Shown: positions 23,100 to 38,300, counted from the first letter of the stretch. The stretch: 64,000 nucleotides of DNA from Selaginella moellendorffii (GCF_000143415.4 NW_003314417.1:19483-83482); one strand, 5' to 3'. The notes: generated by a model not told the origin, from the sequence alone. Numbers and translations are program-made.

Positions 23100-26000
23100 C
23101 TAAGTAATATAAAACATAGTCTAACTCCCACTTGCATACTTATCTTTGTTTTCCATCCGACTTGAGTCTAAGCCCAGGTCCCATGCCATGTTAGTTGGTG
23201 GAATACCTATATCCTCGTGTTAGGCCACCGGGATACTGAAATAGCACCAGATTTTGTTTGGCTCTGGTTTGCTTGTTAGTCTTGGCATTAAGATGTTGGA
23301 TGCTCTAGGACTGTTCCAAGTTGCTTTATGCTCTTATCCCTTTGTTCTTTGGGTTATATGCTCAAGAGTTGCTTTGTGCTTCTGTACCTTTGCTCCTTGG
23401 CTCCATGCTTAGGAGTTTGGCTCCATTCCTTCGTTTAGTGGCCAAAGGCTCTGAAACTCGGGTTCCACTCTACTGTCTTTTAGACACGTGGCATGTGACA
23501 TGTGGCATATAGAGGGTTTAGGTTTCACTTTGTGGTTATTTTATGGTAAATCACCATAAGATAAAGGGTAAAAACCACGTGCACTACATTTGGTATCAAA
23601 GGATACGTCTCAACAAGTACTATCCAATGAGATTGGGCAAGTACTCTCATTGCATATGTAGAGATGAAAATGATGATCCGAGTGGGTATATATTTGGGTG
23701 CAAAGGCTTTGGATTCATTCCTTGGGTATAGATTTCTGTTACCTTTTCATATTAGATTATGTGAGCCTTCTCTTGGGCTTATAAGATGGATTAAGATGTT
23801 TTGTTTGCACAAGTTTGTGCTTGGGCTCGTGAGTAAGGCACATTAGCAACTCAAAGTTACACTTTAAATTGGCAAAATGGATTTGAGGTTTACCATTTTT
23901 GGACAAGTTTGTGCTTGAGCTCATAAGTGAGGCACATTAGCAACTCGAAGTTACACTTTGAGTTGGCAAGATTAATGTTAACCTATTGGTGGTTCCATTA
24001 GTTGTTCTATGTACCATGGGTTAAAGTAAACCTCCCATAGGTTTATTATGAGTGGTAAATAGGCTAGTCCATGGCTATTTAGCACAGCACTAGTAGATCC
24101 TTCTTAGGTATGATTATAAGTGGATCACTTAAGACTATAGGGATTAGTTTATTGGTTCAAGTAATCATTGTCATGCTTTCTCATAATCTTTTCTTAGATG
24201 GGATTGAAAGTAGTGCAAACATAAACTTGAGGTTTAGTCAAAGATGAGACCGAAAAGAGAGTTGTCAAGGACAAAGGATCAAACACGTAAATCATTTTCT
24301 CTTCTTGGAGAGATGATTTGCAATAAGGTGTGACTCATTGCTCATATTCATATCATGCAATCAAGAGTCCCTACCTTAATACATGTTGGTTATGGTGATT
24401 TTATAAATGGTGAGTTGTGAGATGGATAGTGGTGAAGCGCTAAACCATTTTGTCTAGGCTTACTATTGAAGACTTGGGTTGCAATGCTCAATTCTTTTTC
24501 AGAGAATTTTGCTATTGCTCCTTGAGAAATTTGGTGTTAGATTAATTTTGAGTTTGGTCGGATAGAGACTGGCATGAGCTTGTCCATGTTATGAACAAAA
24601 GATGATGGTTTTCGGTGTTGTAAATTTCTATTGGTTGGGTATGGCATTTATATTGTATTTTGTCGAATTGACTTAGCATTTAATACTCACATAAACCTTT
24701 GAAGTAATGACATGGGCATTGCTTGTAGTGTTTCTCAATTGATGATCAAGTCATTGTGATACTTATATCATATTTATGTGATAATGAGCAATGTGTTTAC
24801 AAAGTTGCTTGGTTAAATGATGATCAACCCCAAAGTGGTTGATAATGAAGCTAGTTTACTTGCAAGTAGTCGTATTGAAGTAGCTTTCATTAAGTTCTCA
24901 ATGTTGATCCATTATGCTAAGCTTAAGTTAGTGCTTTGTTTCCTTAAGAATTTGCCTATAATGTAATGCACTTTATCTCTCTCCTCTTAAACCAACTGGA
25001 AAAGGGGCAATTGCTTAATGAGAGAGCCCTTAGTGGCTATTTTATCCCCATTTATCTCTTAAAGTTCCAAAGATCCACAGTGACAGTATATCTAAATCTC
25101 ATCCCATGATCACATGCCCTAAATATACCACATAAGATGTTGGAAAGAGTTATAACATTCATTTACTATAGTTTATTGGTTTATTTGTTAATACTTGGAG
25201 TAGATTGTTGGATGGAGAAGGTGTGTAATTGAAGGCACTGACATTGCTAGCACTTGTGTTAGTAGAAGAGACATTATTGTTTCGAGTGATGAGGAGTTTT
25301 TCTTTGGACCTTGATTTTTTATGTTAGTGTTTTAGCTTCACATTAGATCTTAAAAGTGGTTGAAGAAAAGTGTTAGTGTAATGTGAATATTCAAAGATAT
25401 AGTCTTCGTGATCAAGTCTTAGATATTCATTTTATATTTTACAGATGTCAGTGTTAGATGTCAGAAATATAGGCATAATATTTGATGCTTAGACATACTA
25501 TTGGGTCATAAGAATTGGTGTTAAGGTAAATCTATGTGAAGTTGTTAGTAGGAGGAAGTTGGTTGAGTCTTGAAAGTTTATATTTCTAAACTGAGAGTCA
25601 TTCTTTCTTTAGGTTGGAAAAATTTCCACAAATTTTCTTAGGTTTTTCCAATAGCTGTTCTATTGATCATTTTGCCTGAAAACCATTCTATTTTCAAAAG
25701 TCAGTACAAATTAGTCAAGGGGTTGGAGTTGACTTCAGTTAGGTCAGACCTTAGTAGATAGTTTGTATGATATGGCTTGCAAGGGATGCTGACTTTTGGG
25801 GCTAAGGCAATTGAGTTAGATAGAATCTAGAGTTGGTGTAGAAAAGTGGCCATTACACTTTTCTAGAAAGGTGACTTTTGTGCTTGTCTTCTGTAACATT
25901 ATGCTAGGTGGTAGGTTGCACCTTGCATTTTGTTAAACTTTATGAGAGTAGTGAATTCTCATTGATCTTGATTTTGTCTTGGTGGCCCTACACTTTGTCT

Positions 26001-29000
26001 GAGGATGGTGATATCCAATTTAGTTGTTTGATGTTGAGATATTGGTACCTGTACTATAGCTAGAGGTTGTATACCGATATGAGTCCATCTCATGGTCTTT
26101 ACTTTAGTTTCGGCTAAGTGTTAATCATGCATAGTTAGAGTTTTCAAGGCATGCTTAGAGCTATTGGCTAGAGGAGTTGGTAAGCTTATTGCAGTTTGAG
26201 TTGGATTCGAGTAGTCATTTAGTTCGTGCTTTTGCATGAATATTGATCTCATACCTAAGGTATTATATTCATGTTAGACAAGTATATAACTCAATGACAT
26301 GACTTTAGTGTTTGGGTCTGGTAAAGGCAAGTTGAAGAGGGATTGTTGGTTACTTTGCGACTAGTGATTGCTTGTAAACTTCATCAAGGTCTTTTGATAC
26401 TTATTTTAATTAACAGTGATGAACTTGCTTTACTGCATGGTGTTGCAGAGGATCGTATCATGGGTTTATATGGTTTTTCTATGTTTATCAATTCCACCTT
26501 TATCAATATCATTTGGTTGCATTTAATCCGTAGTGTTGGATTGCATTAAGTCTTGGATGTGGTGATTCACTCCTTAATGATTTGTTATTTGTAGCTAAGT
26601 TTTGTTGAAGGTTTAGTTTTAGATACTGAGTAAGGTCTTTGACTTTGGTTAGCTTGGTTGCTAGAGATTTTTGGGTGTTGACTTGATCTTTTAGCATTGT
26701 TCTGGTGTTAATGGCATTGAAGTAATGCCTTGTTATTGATATTGTTGATATTAGGATTCAAATGAAATGGATGTCTCATTGTAGAATTGGTATTGAATTT
26801 CATTAGTCTTAATACAAATAGTGTTGATGTTTGGGTTGTAGCTTTGTGTTATTAGCATTCGTGTATTTTTCTAGTTAGAAATAGTATTGACATTCAAATG
26901 AACTGAGTGGCAAGTTGAATTAATTGTGTTCTAGATAAGATTGTTTAGTAGAGGTTGAGCTTTAACTTTTTCTTGAAAAGTGATTTAGTCATAAACTATG
27001 GTAGCTTTACGAAACAAAGAGTTAGTGATTGATATTGGGGGATATAAGGATCATTAATGATTTTTATTGTGCTTATTATAAAGTGAGTTATGTCTTGCTA
27101 TAGAAGATGGATTCATGGAGGATTAGTTTGATGATCACTTATTGAGTATAACTTCGTTGTGCTTGGCTTTTGGATTGATGCAAATATGCTCTTCATTAGC
27201 TTTGCATTTTGAAATTTAGCTTATGGATATGTTGAGGAGGATATTGTGAGTTGTACCATGATTTCTTCTTTGGCATTGAAATTAGTTTATGTGAGACTCA
27301 TGATCATTATTAGGCAAGACTTGGCTATAGGCTTTTTTAAGCTTTTGGTTCCTTGAGTTTTTTATACTCATTATTTCATTTGCTAGAAGTTATTAAGGAA
27401 GGTATTTTTTGCTCATTAGTTTCAATATTTAAATTAGTATTTGCATCTGGCACTCATTGGTGATGATTGACTATCATCTAGGATAGCTTATTATCCTTGT
27501 CAAAGGTTTTGTTAAATTATTATTGATATAGAATGATTTACCATTCTTTGGGATGGTGGATTCTTTCTTTGATGATTATTATACATATCTTTATTAATGG
27601 GCTGATTGATAGTCTTTCATGATAGATAGTTATTCTCTTTGATGGCTTATAGCTTTTTGCATTACCACATGTTCCTTGAGATTTGTTCTGGATTGGTATC
27701 TTAGATTTAAAATATCAATAGAATGTTGTTGATGCTTACTTAAGCAACTTGAGTTCTTTCGTATTGTTGACTGAGATCTATTGAGCTTAGCTAGTGCAAT
27801 AGTTAGCATGAATAAGTATTTGTTAGTTTTGTGCCATTCACTTTGTTTTGTTGATTATTGTTTGTCGCGAATATAACTTCAGGTATTGAAAGTTACTTGT
27901 TAGTTAGTCCTTTCAGATATTCTTTCCTTACTGCCAGAATGGCAAAAAGTCAGTATTGCTAGATCCTTTATCAATCTCTGCCTAAGCTAGTTGAGAAACT
28001 AGTCATCACATGTGTATTTAGACTGGAAGGGCACTGAGGAAGGAAATCCTAAGTTATCATTTAGTTAAGCATATTTGACACGGTGACAAGAAATTCATGT
28101 TGTTGACTTACACTTGCTAGTGTGGGGAACCCCGTGATATTGAGCTTGGTCTTTCAATATTCACTAGATGATAGTTTATCATGTCTACCAAACACCCTCG
28201 CTATCATGCACCTTGTGTCAGTACCATTCAGTCCCAAATGATATTTATGGAAAGTGTTTAGATTTGCTCATTTGGGATATCTAGGGAATGTAGAGATTGT
28301 CCTGAACACAATGGTGTTTGTCCCATGTCCAAATTCACAATCTAAGAACATTCCATATTTAGTAAATTTTGAACTTGTCCCAAAGACTAACTTCTGGTAC
28401 TAAGGGAGGCTTGGGGTGAAAACCCAAAGCGTGTGTTCCTCAAGGGGGGGGGAGGGTGCAGGGGGGCTATGGGGGGTTCCAAATGTATCTTGCATGTTTG
28501 TCCTTGTTTTGTGTTTGGCTTGGGTCTAAGCCCAAGTTCTATACCATGTTAGTTGGTGGAGTACCCATATGCTCGCATTAGGCCACTATTATATTGAAAT
28601 AGCACCAAACTTCATTTGGCTCTGTTTTGCATGTTAGTCCTAACATTGAGATGCTAGATGCTCTAGGATTATTTTAATTCGCTCTGTGCTCCTGTCCCTT
28701 TACTCCTTGGGTTGTACGCTCAGGGGTCGTTCTATGCTCTAGTGCCATTGCTCTTTGGCTCCATGCTTGGGAGTTTGACTCCATTTCTTCATTTAGTGGC
28801 CCAAGGCCTTGAATCTTAAGTTCCACTCTACTGTCTTTTGAACACGTGGCATATAGAGGGTTTAGGTTTTGCTTCATGGTGTTATCCTATGGTAAATCAC
28901 CTTAGGATAAAGGGTAAAAACCACATGCGCTACATTGTTATAGTTGGTTTTGATAAATTGAATGTTATTACATTTGGGTGATATATTCACGAGCATCTTT

Positions 29001-30455
29001 TTTGTTAGTCAATGATATTTTGTGTTCTTCGATTTATCTTATGTAAGTTGTTTAGCATACTATCTGCAATATTTGATAGTTAAGTTTAATCATTAAGTTT
29101 TTTCTTGATGATACATTAGCTATTGAATATTATTGAATGGTTAATCCTATATTATCCAACTATAATGATCTTGGTGGTTCCTATACTATAATTCTTGTTT
29201 ATCAAATGATAACTTACTTGAAATACTTTGTGTTCAATTCGAATATAACTACAGGTATCAATAGTTACCTGTCAGCTAGTGACATCACCCACCTCTCTGT
29301 CGATGTTCTTTATTTCATTAAAAGGGCATGATCCTGTAAACAACTCTAATTGCCTATTTACAGTAGTCTTTCTAAACCTTATCAATGGGTTTGGTTTCTT
29401 TGCTTATGAGGGTTGGGGCCTTTGGCTTCTCTCTCTATGTCCTTGTGGGTAAGGGTGTATCACACTTTTGTAAGTTGGGTGACACCTAAAGTAGCAAGGG
29501 TGGCTGAGTTTGTTAGTCATTTCCTTGTCAGCGACAGCCGGAAGGTGTCTGAGTTGGTAACGTGCATTAAACAAAAAGGTTACCTTAACTCATTTAAGTT
29601 GATACATTTCTCACATAGTGTGATCACCATGAACTTTTTCTAGAGTATGCATCAACAAGGACGTCAATCTTCCCTAAGGGGAGGAGAGTGTTGTGAATAT
29701 AACTGTGGGTATCGAAAGTTACCTATCGACTAGTCCTTTCAAATATTCTTTCTTTACTTCCACGATGGCAAGAGGTTGGTGTTTCTGGTTCTCTTTATTA
29801 GTCCCTCTTGTTCAAGTATTAGTAAACTAGGCTTAACACCTATATTTAGCCAAATAGACATAAGGTAAGAACACCTATGTGTTTCTAGTTGAGCATACTT
29901 AGCCTGGCTCTTAGTTCTCTTTTGCTTTATCATACACTAACTTGATAAAAACCCTCATGTATTGAGACTAGTCCCTCAATATTGCTGGATGATAGCTTAC
30001 TGTGTCTGCCAAACACCCTTGCTATGAGCCCTTTGTGTTAGTCTCATTCTAGTCCCAAATACTAGTTATGGAAAATGTCTAAATATGTTCATTTAGTATA
30101 TCTATGAAATGTAGAAATTATCCTGAACACAATGGTGTTTGTCCCGTGTCCAAATTCATAATCTAGGGACATAATCATAGACTAACTTTTGGTACTAAGG
30201 GTGGCTAATGGTGGAATGCCAAAGCCTCTGTTCCTCAAGAGGAGGGGGGGCTGTTGGGGGTTCCAAATGTATAGTAGGGATAGGGTAGGTTGGGCATTAT
30301 TGACCAACTTGAAATATAATTTAGCTCCTGCTTGCATGTTTATCCTTGTTCTGTGTCTGGCTTGGATCTAAACCCAAGTTCTACACCATGCTAGTTGGTG
30401 AAGTACCCATATCCTTGTGTTAGGCCACTAGTATGCTAAAATAGCATTAGACTCC
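23100..30455 (+). mobile_element. Old LTR element E with a non-coding or unrecognisably decayed interior (partial 5' LTR to 23588, PBS 23591, PPT 29676-29688, truncated 3' LTR from 29689)
   Basis: LTR end GCACTACA is followed by TT-TGGTATCAAAG. PPT AAGGGGAGGAGAG is followed by TGTTGTGAATAT. LTR pieces are homologous to 27863-28934. The interior is T/G-rich with no long ORF. Confidence 0.6.
27863..28934 (+). mobile_element. Solo LTR (D/E family)
   Basis: TGTCGCG...CGCTACA flanked by the 5-bp TSD TTGTT on both sides. Homologous to 22660-23099 (rc), 23130-23588 and 29689-30455. Confidence 0.85.
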
Positions 30456-33400
30456 GTGCCTACCTATAAGGCAACATTCTTCATTTTGGCCATAAATCCA
30501 TTGTAGGTGAAATGAGCTATATTTATTTGCTATTCAATCTTTATAGCTTCCAATAGATGAGGTTTTTTAATGTTGGCATTTTGTGCAATTGTCCCCCTGT
30601 CGATGATGGCACATAACACCTTAAGCCTAGTATGATAATTGGGCTTCAAGTAGGTGAAGTTGCCTCCTTATTTGGATGTGTAGTTAGGGAGGACATATTG
30701 ATCAAGTATGTGATCCTTCTTGCTTATCATGATTACTTTGCCCTTGTTGTCTAGGCAAAAAATCTGAGCAAACTGGGTGAGTCTAAAGGGATGGACTCAC
30801 CTATAGAAGAGAAATGCATATTCCGTTCGGTACCACTTTTGTATGAGCTCAATCCCTTGCTCAATTGATATTTTTCTTTCGAGCAGCTCCGCATAAGTGA
30901 GTAACCCAAAAGCATTAAACCAAACCTTTTCTTAGGGAGAAAGCACAAGCTCCCTAGACAGCTTTACTTAGCCATAATCAAGTGCCTTGTCGCTAGATGA
31001 AATTTTCTCCACATGCTCATTTTGCCTAGGGATTTTTGCCATCCATGAAGATTTATAGGCAAAGCACTCGACATTAGGTGACCGGGAGATGTAATGCAAT
31101 GTTAACAAAGATGCCTAAGTGAGAATGCTTCAAGCGTGAAGTCAACAATTTGTAGTAGTGGCGTGAGGACAAGATCACTCCACCCAATCAAGGCAGCAAT
31201 GGCATTTACTTTTGTGTGGCTTTAGGTGGCATTTGAGTTGTCGTACATTGCTTTAGAGCTAAGCTTGGAGTGTTAGCGCATCTTGGTGGAGGCATAGGCA
31301 TGGAGTGAGTGAAAGGGAAAGAATGAGAGAAAGAGAAGCTCTTTAGCTGCCTCCAAATTACCTAGATCATCTTGCTTTAATACGTTAGCCCTAAGTTTTA
31401 TCCTCTTGCCTTTGTTTGCTTTTGTATGGAAATGTATTGTGGAATTTTTTTTTCCCTTATTGGCATAGTAATCTTTGCTCATTAATCCTTATGGTTTACT
31501 AGCAGAGTTTATAGAATGAGGCAAGAAAAATGTAAATATTACTCTTAGAGTATCCACCCTTTCTTTTCTTTTCCTCTAAATCTTGCATTGCCTAAAGAAA
31601 ATTTGTATAAGCCATACCAACAAGATTTTGAGGGAAAATCTGCTCTAGAGAAAGAAATATATAACCATATATCCCTTGATTTCTTTTCTTGGAACTTCCC
31701 CATCAAAGATATGAGAGTTTCTTTAGCATAAAAATGAATCTTTCCTAGAAGATATATATTTTCGTTCTATTTTAGATGAACAAATCTTTGTCTCAGCTTA
31801 TTAGGAAAGACGACTCTTCTTATTCAATTTCACTAATCTAGCTCTATGGGGAGATAGAAAATCTTGGAAATAAAATCCTTAGTGATCTTAATATCCCCTC
31901 CATCCATTTTGAAAGCTAATTTTACAGGATCTCATATTTGAAGAACTAATCTGGCTTTCTATGGTTTTACAAAGTTTAATATAGTTTTGTAAAAATTTTC
32001 TAGACTCCTATCCTTTATCCAATTGGCCACCCTATCTATGCATTTATGTAGTTCATAATGAATGCTTATGAGTTTATCCATAGTTTAGTACCCTAAAATA
32101 TAGATAATATTTATGCTTATATCTTCATAATACTTCTTTAAATGATTTAAATTTACTATTGCGGTATCATCCCTATTTAAGGTGTGCACTTTAGCTGCTT
32201 CTAGATATGATATCTTAGACAAAATAAATGGACTATGCCATTTTTTCTTGAATTTATTTCTAAGAGCATCTATTTTGCCTTAACACCAAAGCACTTTATC
32301 TCTTGGCTTAAGTTGGTGAGAGATTTTCAATTGTTTACTTAGCATTTTTAGCTTTTTGAATTGCATGTAGGGTCTAGATTACTTTAAGCTTAAGCTCATT
32401 TAAATTTTCTATTTTGTCAAGTCTTTGCTTAAGAGCTTTTTTTTCATCTAAGCTATTTTGTAATTGTAATACTCAAAGAGGGAATTATAAATTCGATAAA
32501 CGTTAAAGCTTTCTAGCCATAAGTAACATAAAATAGTGTTATGTCTATGGATACTTTATATACAATCTTATAAGCCCACAAAGCATCTATGATTTTCTCA
32601 TCCCAATCTTTTTGATTGTCCTTTACAATCTTTTTCAAGATATTTTAAAGAATTTTATTAGTAGATTTAGCCTGACCATTCCCTTATGGGTAATATGGCT
32701 TGGATTTTTTATGCTTAAAGATAAATTCTTGTATAAATTTTTTTTATTGTTTCATTGATTAAATAGGTGCCTTTATCTATAATGATCTTTTTAAGCAAAC
32801 TAAATTTTACAATGATGTTTTCATAAAGGAATTTAGCAATGTTAGTGGCTAAGACATATTTCATAGACATAGCTTCTATCCATAATCACATAATCAGTGG
32901 CGACTAAAATTTATTTGTTCCTTTTACTGCTTGTCACCATAGAACCCACAAAATTCAATCCTCATTTATGAAATGCTTCATATGGACAAGTAGGATTTAG
33001 TTCGTGGATTTGATTTTTAGGTGGTAGTTTATAACTTTGACAAATATCACAATTTTTACAAAAAATTGCTATATCTTTCCAAAGTGTAAGCCACTATAAC
33101 TCTACTTGTAAAACTTTTGTAGTAGTGATTTCATTTACAAATTGGCCTCCTAATGGGCTTAAGAGAGCTTCCCTTAAGATTTCATTTCTTTCCTCTTACC
33201 TATTAACACATCTTCTTAGTGTTCCATCGATACTTAATTTATATAGACATTCCCTAATGATAAAGTAAAATTGTATACTCAAGATAAACAACTTTTTTTT
33301 CTCTAGCGAGTTATAGTGGGGTGGAATGGTGCCTGTAGAAAGATAAATTTATATAACTTCGAACCAAGTGGTAGGCACAGAGATTGCAAATAAATGAGAA

Positions 33401-35329
33401 TCTAGGAGTTTGTTTACCTTAGTAATAGGTGACTCTCCTGTAATGATGTAGTTTAGGTAATCAGCTTGTTCATGGAATTTTTCAGGTCTATATACTATTT
33501 CAAGATTATATTCTTGTAATAGTAAAAACCATTTAGTTAATCGAGTAGATATGCACAGTTTATTGATAAGATGTAAAAAAGCTTTATAGTCATAAAAAAA
33601 CAATTACTTTTGTTACCAAAAGATAATGCCTAAATTTTTGTAAAACGTAAATTACACCTAAAGCTTCTTTTTCAGTTATTGTGTAATTATGCTTAATAGG
33701 ATTTAAACATCTGCTGGCATAGTAAATAGGATGATCGTTTTGATCACCTTGTGTTTGGGACAATGTTGCACCTGTAAGCCACAAATTTTTTCTTTCCAAT
33801 TTGCCAGCTTACCTCGTCTATCCGTCCAACACTACCTTGGTTTTTGCTAAGTTCCCTCGCCAAGGTTCCCGCATATGGTACCATCTCCTACTTGCTCCTA
33901 CTTGGTTTTAGCTACTCACTGCATGAGGAACGAAGTGTTAACCTAATCCACGGATTCCCAAATCTCCCCCAATCCCCCTCCCCGGGTTAGACTGGACTTA
34001 AGGTTCGGCTACACTCCCCACAAGCACAAGTAGCCAAGCATACCAAGCTTCCACGTTCCTAACATCCCTTGGTACCACAAGACTTGATCATGGGACCCTC
34101 TAAATCTCAAGTCTCGGGTGCAACACTTGCTTCGGGACGCCGGGGCAAAACACCGTGGCCTAACGGCCCGGTATGGGTACCTCTACCCCCCCACTTCTAT
34201 CCCAAAGGGAAGGTCCAAGCCCCTAGGAAGGGCAAGGACCAATGAGCCGCATAGTACTCAAGTGGGGCACCACTCCACTTGAGGCAGGTGCACCACAGTC
34301 GGTTTCCCTTTCGAGAGTGGGAGTTGCTCTTGAGCACTTCCTTGGATGGCCCCTCTAGCACCATCCAAGTCCATGCTCACTCCCACCCAAGGCCCCTCAG
34401 TCCCAGTCCCAACCTCAAGTCAGTTTGGAAGCACCATTGGAGAGTTCCTTCAAGACTGGTTCCTGGACCTCACTATCTCTACTATACTTTTGGAACCCCC
34501 TGCAGCCCCCACTGAGAGACGCATGCTTTGGGCTTTCACCCCTTGACCCGTATTAATACTTAGACTTAGTCTCTAGCTCGATCTTGGACTCGATCTCGGA
34601 TCCGACTTCGGATTCGGTCTCGAACTCGATCTCGAACTCGATCTCGGACTCGATGTTGGACCCGATCTCGGACCCGATCTTGGACTCGACCTCGGACTCG
34701 GTCTTGGACCTGATTTTGGATCTCGAACTCCGTCTCGAACTCGGTCTTGAACTCGGTCTCCAAGTTAGCCTCGGACTCGATTCCGGACTCTATCTCGAAC
34801 TTGGTCTTAGAGTCAGTCTTGGACTCGATCTTAAACTCGGTCCCATCCGATGAACTCTTTATCATTTTGGTCATGCTTTCAGGGCTCCTTTTGCCTATGA
34901 CACCTCGGCGAGTTGGTTCCTTACAACTCCACCACCCATAGAAGAAGTTCAATGCCCACATCGAACGTCTCTTTTTTTATCCTATGACTTGTTAACCATG
35001 TTTCCGGGGGAATCCACCCACTTAGCGGTGTGCCTAAGTTAGCCTCCCCGGCCAAGAGCCCATGACAACGGAATATAGGTGTCCCTATACTCCTCACCTC
35101 ACCACGCCCTAATATGGGGTCGGGACTTGAACCCAACCTTGCTTTACTAGGGGGTTGGGACTCAAACCCAACCTCCGTAGAATACGTCTACGGATTCGAC
35201 ATCCCCGCAGGGAGTCGGGCGTAGTTCCTTACGCCTAGTCGACTTAGCTAACCCATGCTAATTAGTTTACCTTCGGCGTGCCTTCGGGTCCCAACATATG
35301 CCATTACTCAACTTCTCAAATTGATACTT

Positions 35330-38300
35330 TTAATTAAACTTTGCATAAGTACATAGAGTTCTGCTTTGTAGAAATTCCTCCACTAGATCTCGCGCGTTCG
35401 CTAAGTTCTCCTCCGATTCCCATGTTGCTTCGCAGTGTGGAAATCCTTTCCACTTCACATGGAACTCTCTCACCTCACGTTCTTGTCGTTTGCTCTTGTG
35501 CACATTGAGGATGGCCTCGACTTCGTATTCTTCTTCCCCTTAGATAACCTCAGGTAAAAGTCTCACTTGGTCCTTGCGAAGCGGATCCTCAAAATACGGC
35601 TTGAGTAAGTTCACGTGGAACACGGGATGCATCTTCCCCATCTCTCAAGGAAGTCGAAGACGGTAAGCCACTTTACTGATTCGAGCCTCAATCTCGTAAG
35701 GCCCCGCGAACTTGCTTAAGGAACTCAAGATCAATTCATTTATAGGAATACATGCATTTTTACCTTTGGGTCAACTTCTGGTTGATCCCACTTGGTAGCT
35801 TGAGGTTCTTGGTGTTTAGCCACATTTTCTCCCCAGTTTAAAACTCTACATCCCAGCACTTCTGGTTCACGTACTTAGTTTGCCTTTGTTGAGCCCGTTC
35901 CAAAGAATCCCTCATTAGATTCCAAATGTTGAGTCTTTCCGCCATGAATGCCTCCACTGTGGGTAACTCTCCATGATACTCGGCCACACCAAGTTCCACA
36001 AGACCTTCAATAGCTCGCCTATTGATGACTTCCCATGGACTCACCCCGATGTTTGAATGTGGTGAGTTGTTATAACACATTTCCACAAGTCCCAAATGAC
36101 TTACCCAATCAGTCTGGTCTCCCGAGACATAGCATCGCAAATAATCTTCCAGCTACCTATTCACCCTTTCCATTTGTCCGTCTGTCAAGAAGTGTTAGTG
36201 CCATCAATTTTAACTTAATACCCATTACCTGTCTGTAGGTGATAGGCTGTGCTGAATTTCAACTTGGTGCGATACTTTTCTAGGAGTGTCCTCCAAAACC
36301 TATTGGTGAAGATCTTATCTCGATCTGAGATAATCTCTTCCGGCCTTCCCCGCACTCGAACCACTTGTTCGAAGAACAGCTTCGCCACACCTTCCACATC
36401 CACTTTTGTTGTGGTGGGTATGAAATGTGCCATCTTCGAAAATCGATCAACCACCATGAATATCGCATCGAACCCCTCGCTTGGGGGAAGTCCCGTGATG
36501 AAGTCCATTGTAAGACATTTCCATGGACAATCTGGAATTGGGATGCTTTGTAACAAGCCCCCACTAGCCTTAGTCACGACTTTGACTTGCTGACATGTTG
36601 GACATGTCTTTACATAATCTTGGACATCCTTAGCCATATCTGGCCAATGGTACTTCCTCTTGAGTAAGCCCATTGTCTTGGGTACTCCACCGTGTCCCGT
36701 AAGAGGTCCATCGTGACACTCTTTTAAGGCTACCTTCCTTAGTTCCCCTTCTGGAATATACACCCTCGTTTGCTTGTAATATATGAGTCCATTGCGTTCT
36801 GCATAGCCCGTTTTCTCTTCCGTTGGCAGCTCACCTCTCTGGTGAGCTTCCCGTGCCTCTAGATTCCTCAGCAACACTTCTTGTGCTAGACCATCGTTCT
36901 CGTATGCAGTCCGCACATCATCCCAAAAGGTTGCTGTCGTGCTAGATATAGCCAACTTCAAGCTCGCTTTTCGACTTAGCGCATTTGCCACGATGTTGCT
37001 CTTCCCAGGCTTGTACAAAATCTCACAATCAAACTCGGCCAAGGCATTGGCCCACCGACCTTGTTTTCCCCTCAAGTCGGGCTGTGACAAGAAGTGTTTC
37101 GTTGCCACATTGTCCATGTAAACCTTGAAGTGTCTCCCAAGGTAGTGTTGCCACTCCTTAAGTGCCTTGACCACCGCAAACAATTCCTTCTCATGGGCAG
37201 GCCACTTCCGTTGAGCTTTGTCCAACTTCTTCGAGAAGAACGTTACTGGATGGTTGTCTTGCTTCAAAACTGCGCCCAACGCAAAGTCTGAAGCATTTGT
37301 TTCTAGCTCAAAGTCCTTACCAAAGTCTGGTAACGCCAACACGGGAGCCTTCCTCAACTTCCCCTTGAGGTGGACAAATGCCGCCTCGCATTCCGCTGTC
37401 CATACCATCTTCCCTTTTCCCATTTGGTCCGTTAAGGGCAGGGCTACTCTCGAATAGTGTTTGATAAACTTTCGATAGTAGTTGCATAGCCTTAGGAATG
37501 CCCTTAACTCGTGTACATTCGATGGTCGCTCCCAATTTTAGATTGCTTGGACCTTCTCCGGGTTCACCTTTAGCCCGTCCTTGCCCACCACATGCCCGAG
37601 AAACTTTACCTCTTGTTGAGTAAAGTCACATTTGCTCTCTTTAGCATATAGCTAGTGTTCCCTTAGTTTCTCAAACACTTTCGTCAAGTGTTTGGCATGC
37701 TCCTCTAGCATTTCGCTATAGATCAAGATGTTGTCAATATAGACGACCACAAAGTGATCCAAATAGGGTATAAAGATATAGTTCATCAACGCTGAAAACA
37801 TTGCCAGCGCATTACATAGCCCGAAGGGCATCACCAGAAACTCGAAGCTCCCATACCTCGTTTGACAAGTTGTGTTCTCGACATCTTCTTCTGCTACCCT
37901 AATCTGGTAGTATCCTGACCTTAGGTCAATCCTCGAGAAGTATTTTGCCTTTCCCAACCTATCGAACAGGTCTTCAATCCTTGGCAAAAGGTACTTATTC
38001 TTCTTTGTATATTTGTTGAGCAACTGGTAGTCTATGCACATGCGTATAGATCCATCTTTCTTTTTCACAAATAGCACCAGTGCCCCATACGGTGACTTGC
38101 TCAATCTAACATACCCTTTGTCCACCAACTCCTCTAGTTGGCACTTGAGCTCGGCAAGTTCTTTTTCGTTCAAACGATAGGGGGGACGAACCACCACCTC
38201 AGCACCCTGGACCAGCTCAATTTTATGTTCTATCGGTTGTGCGGGGGGCAATCCCGCCAGTAGCTCCTCTGGCATGGTATCTTGGAATTGGTCCAACACC

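Noticed and set aside
22524-23588. Single LTR with a PBS on both sides
   Set aside because: Comparison with solo LTR 27863-28934 shows two related LTR pieces in opposite orientation (D inserted in E).
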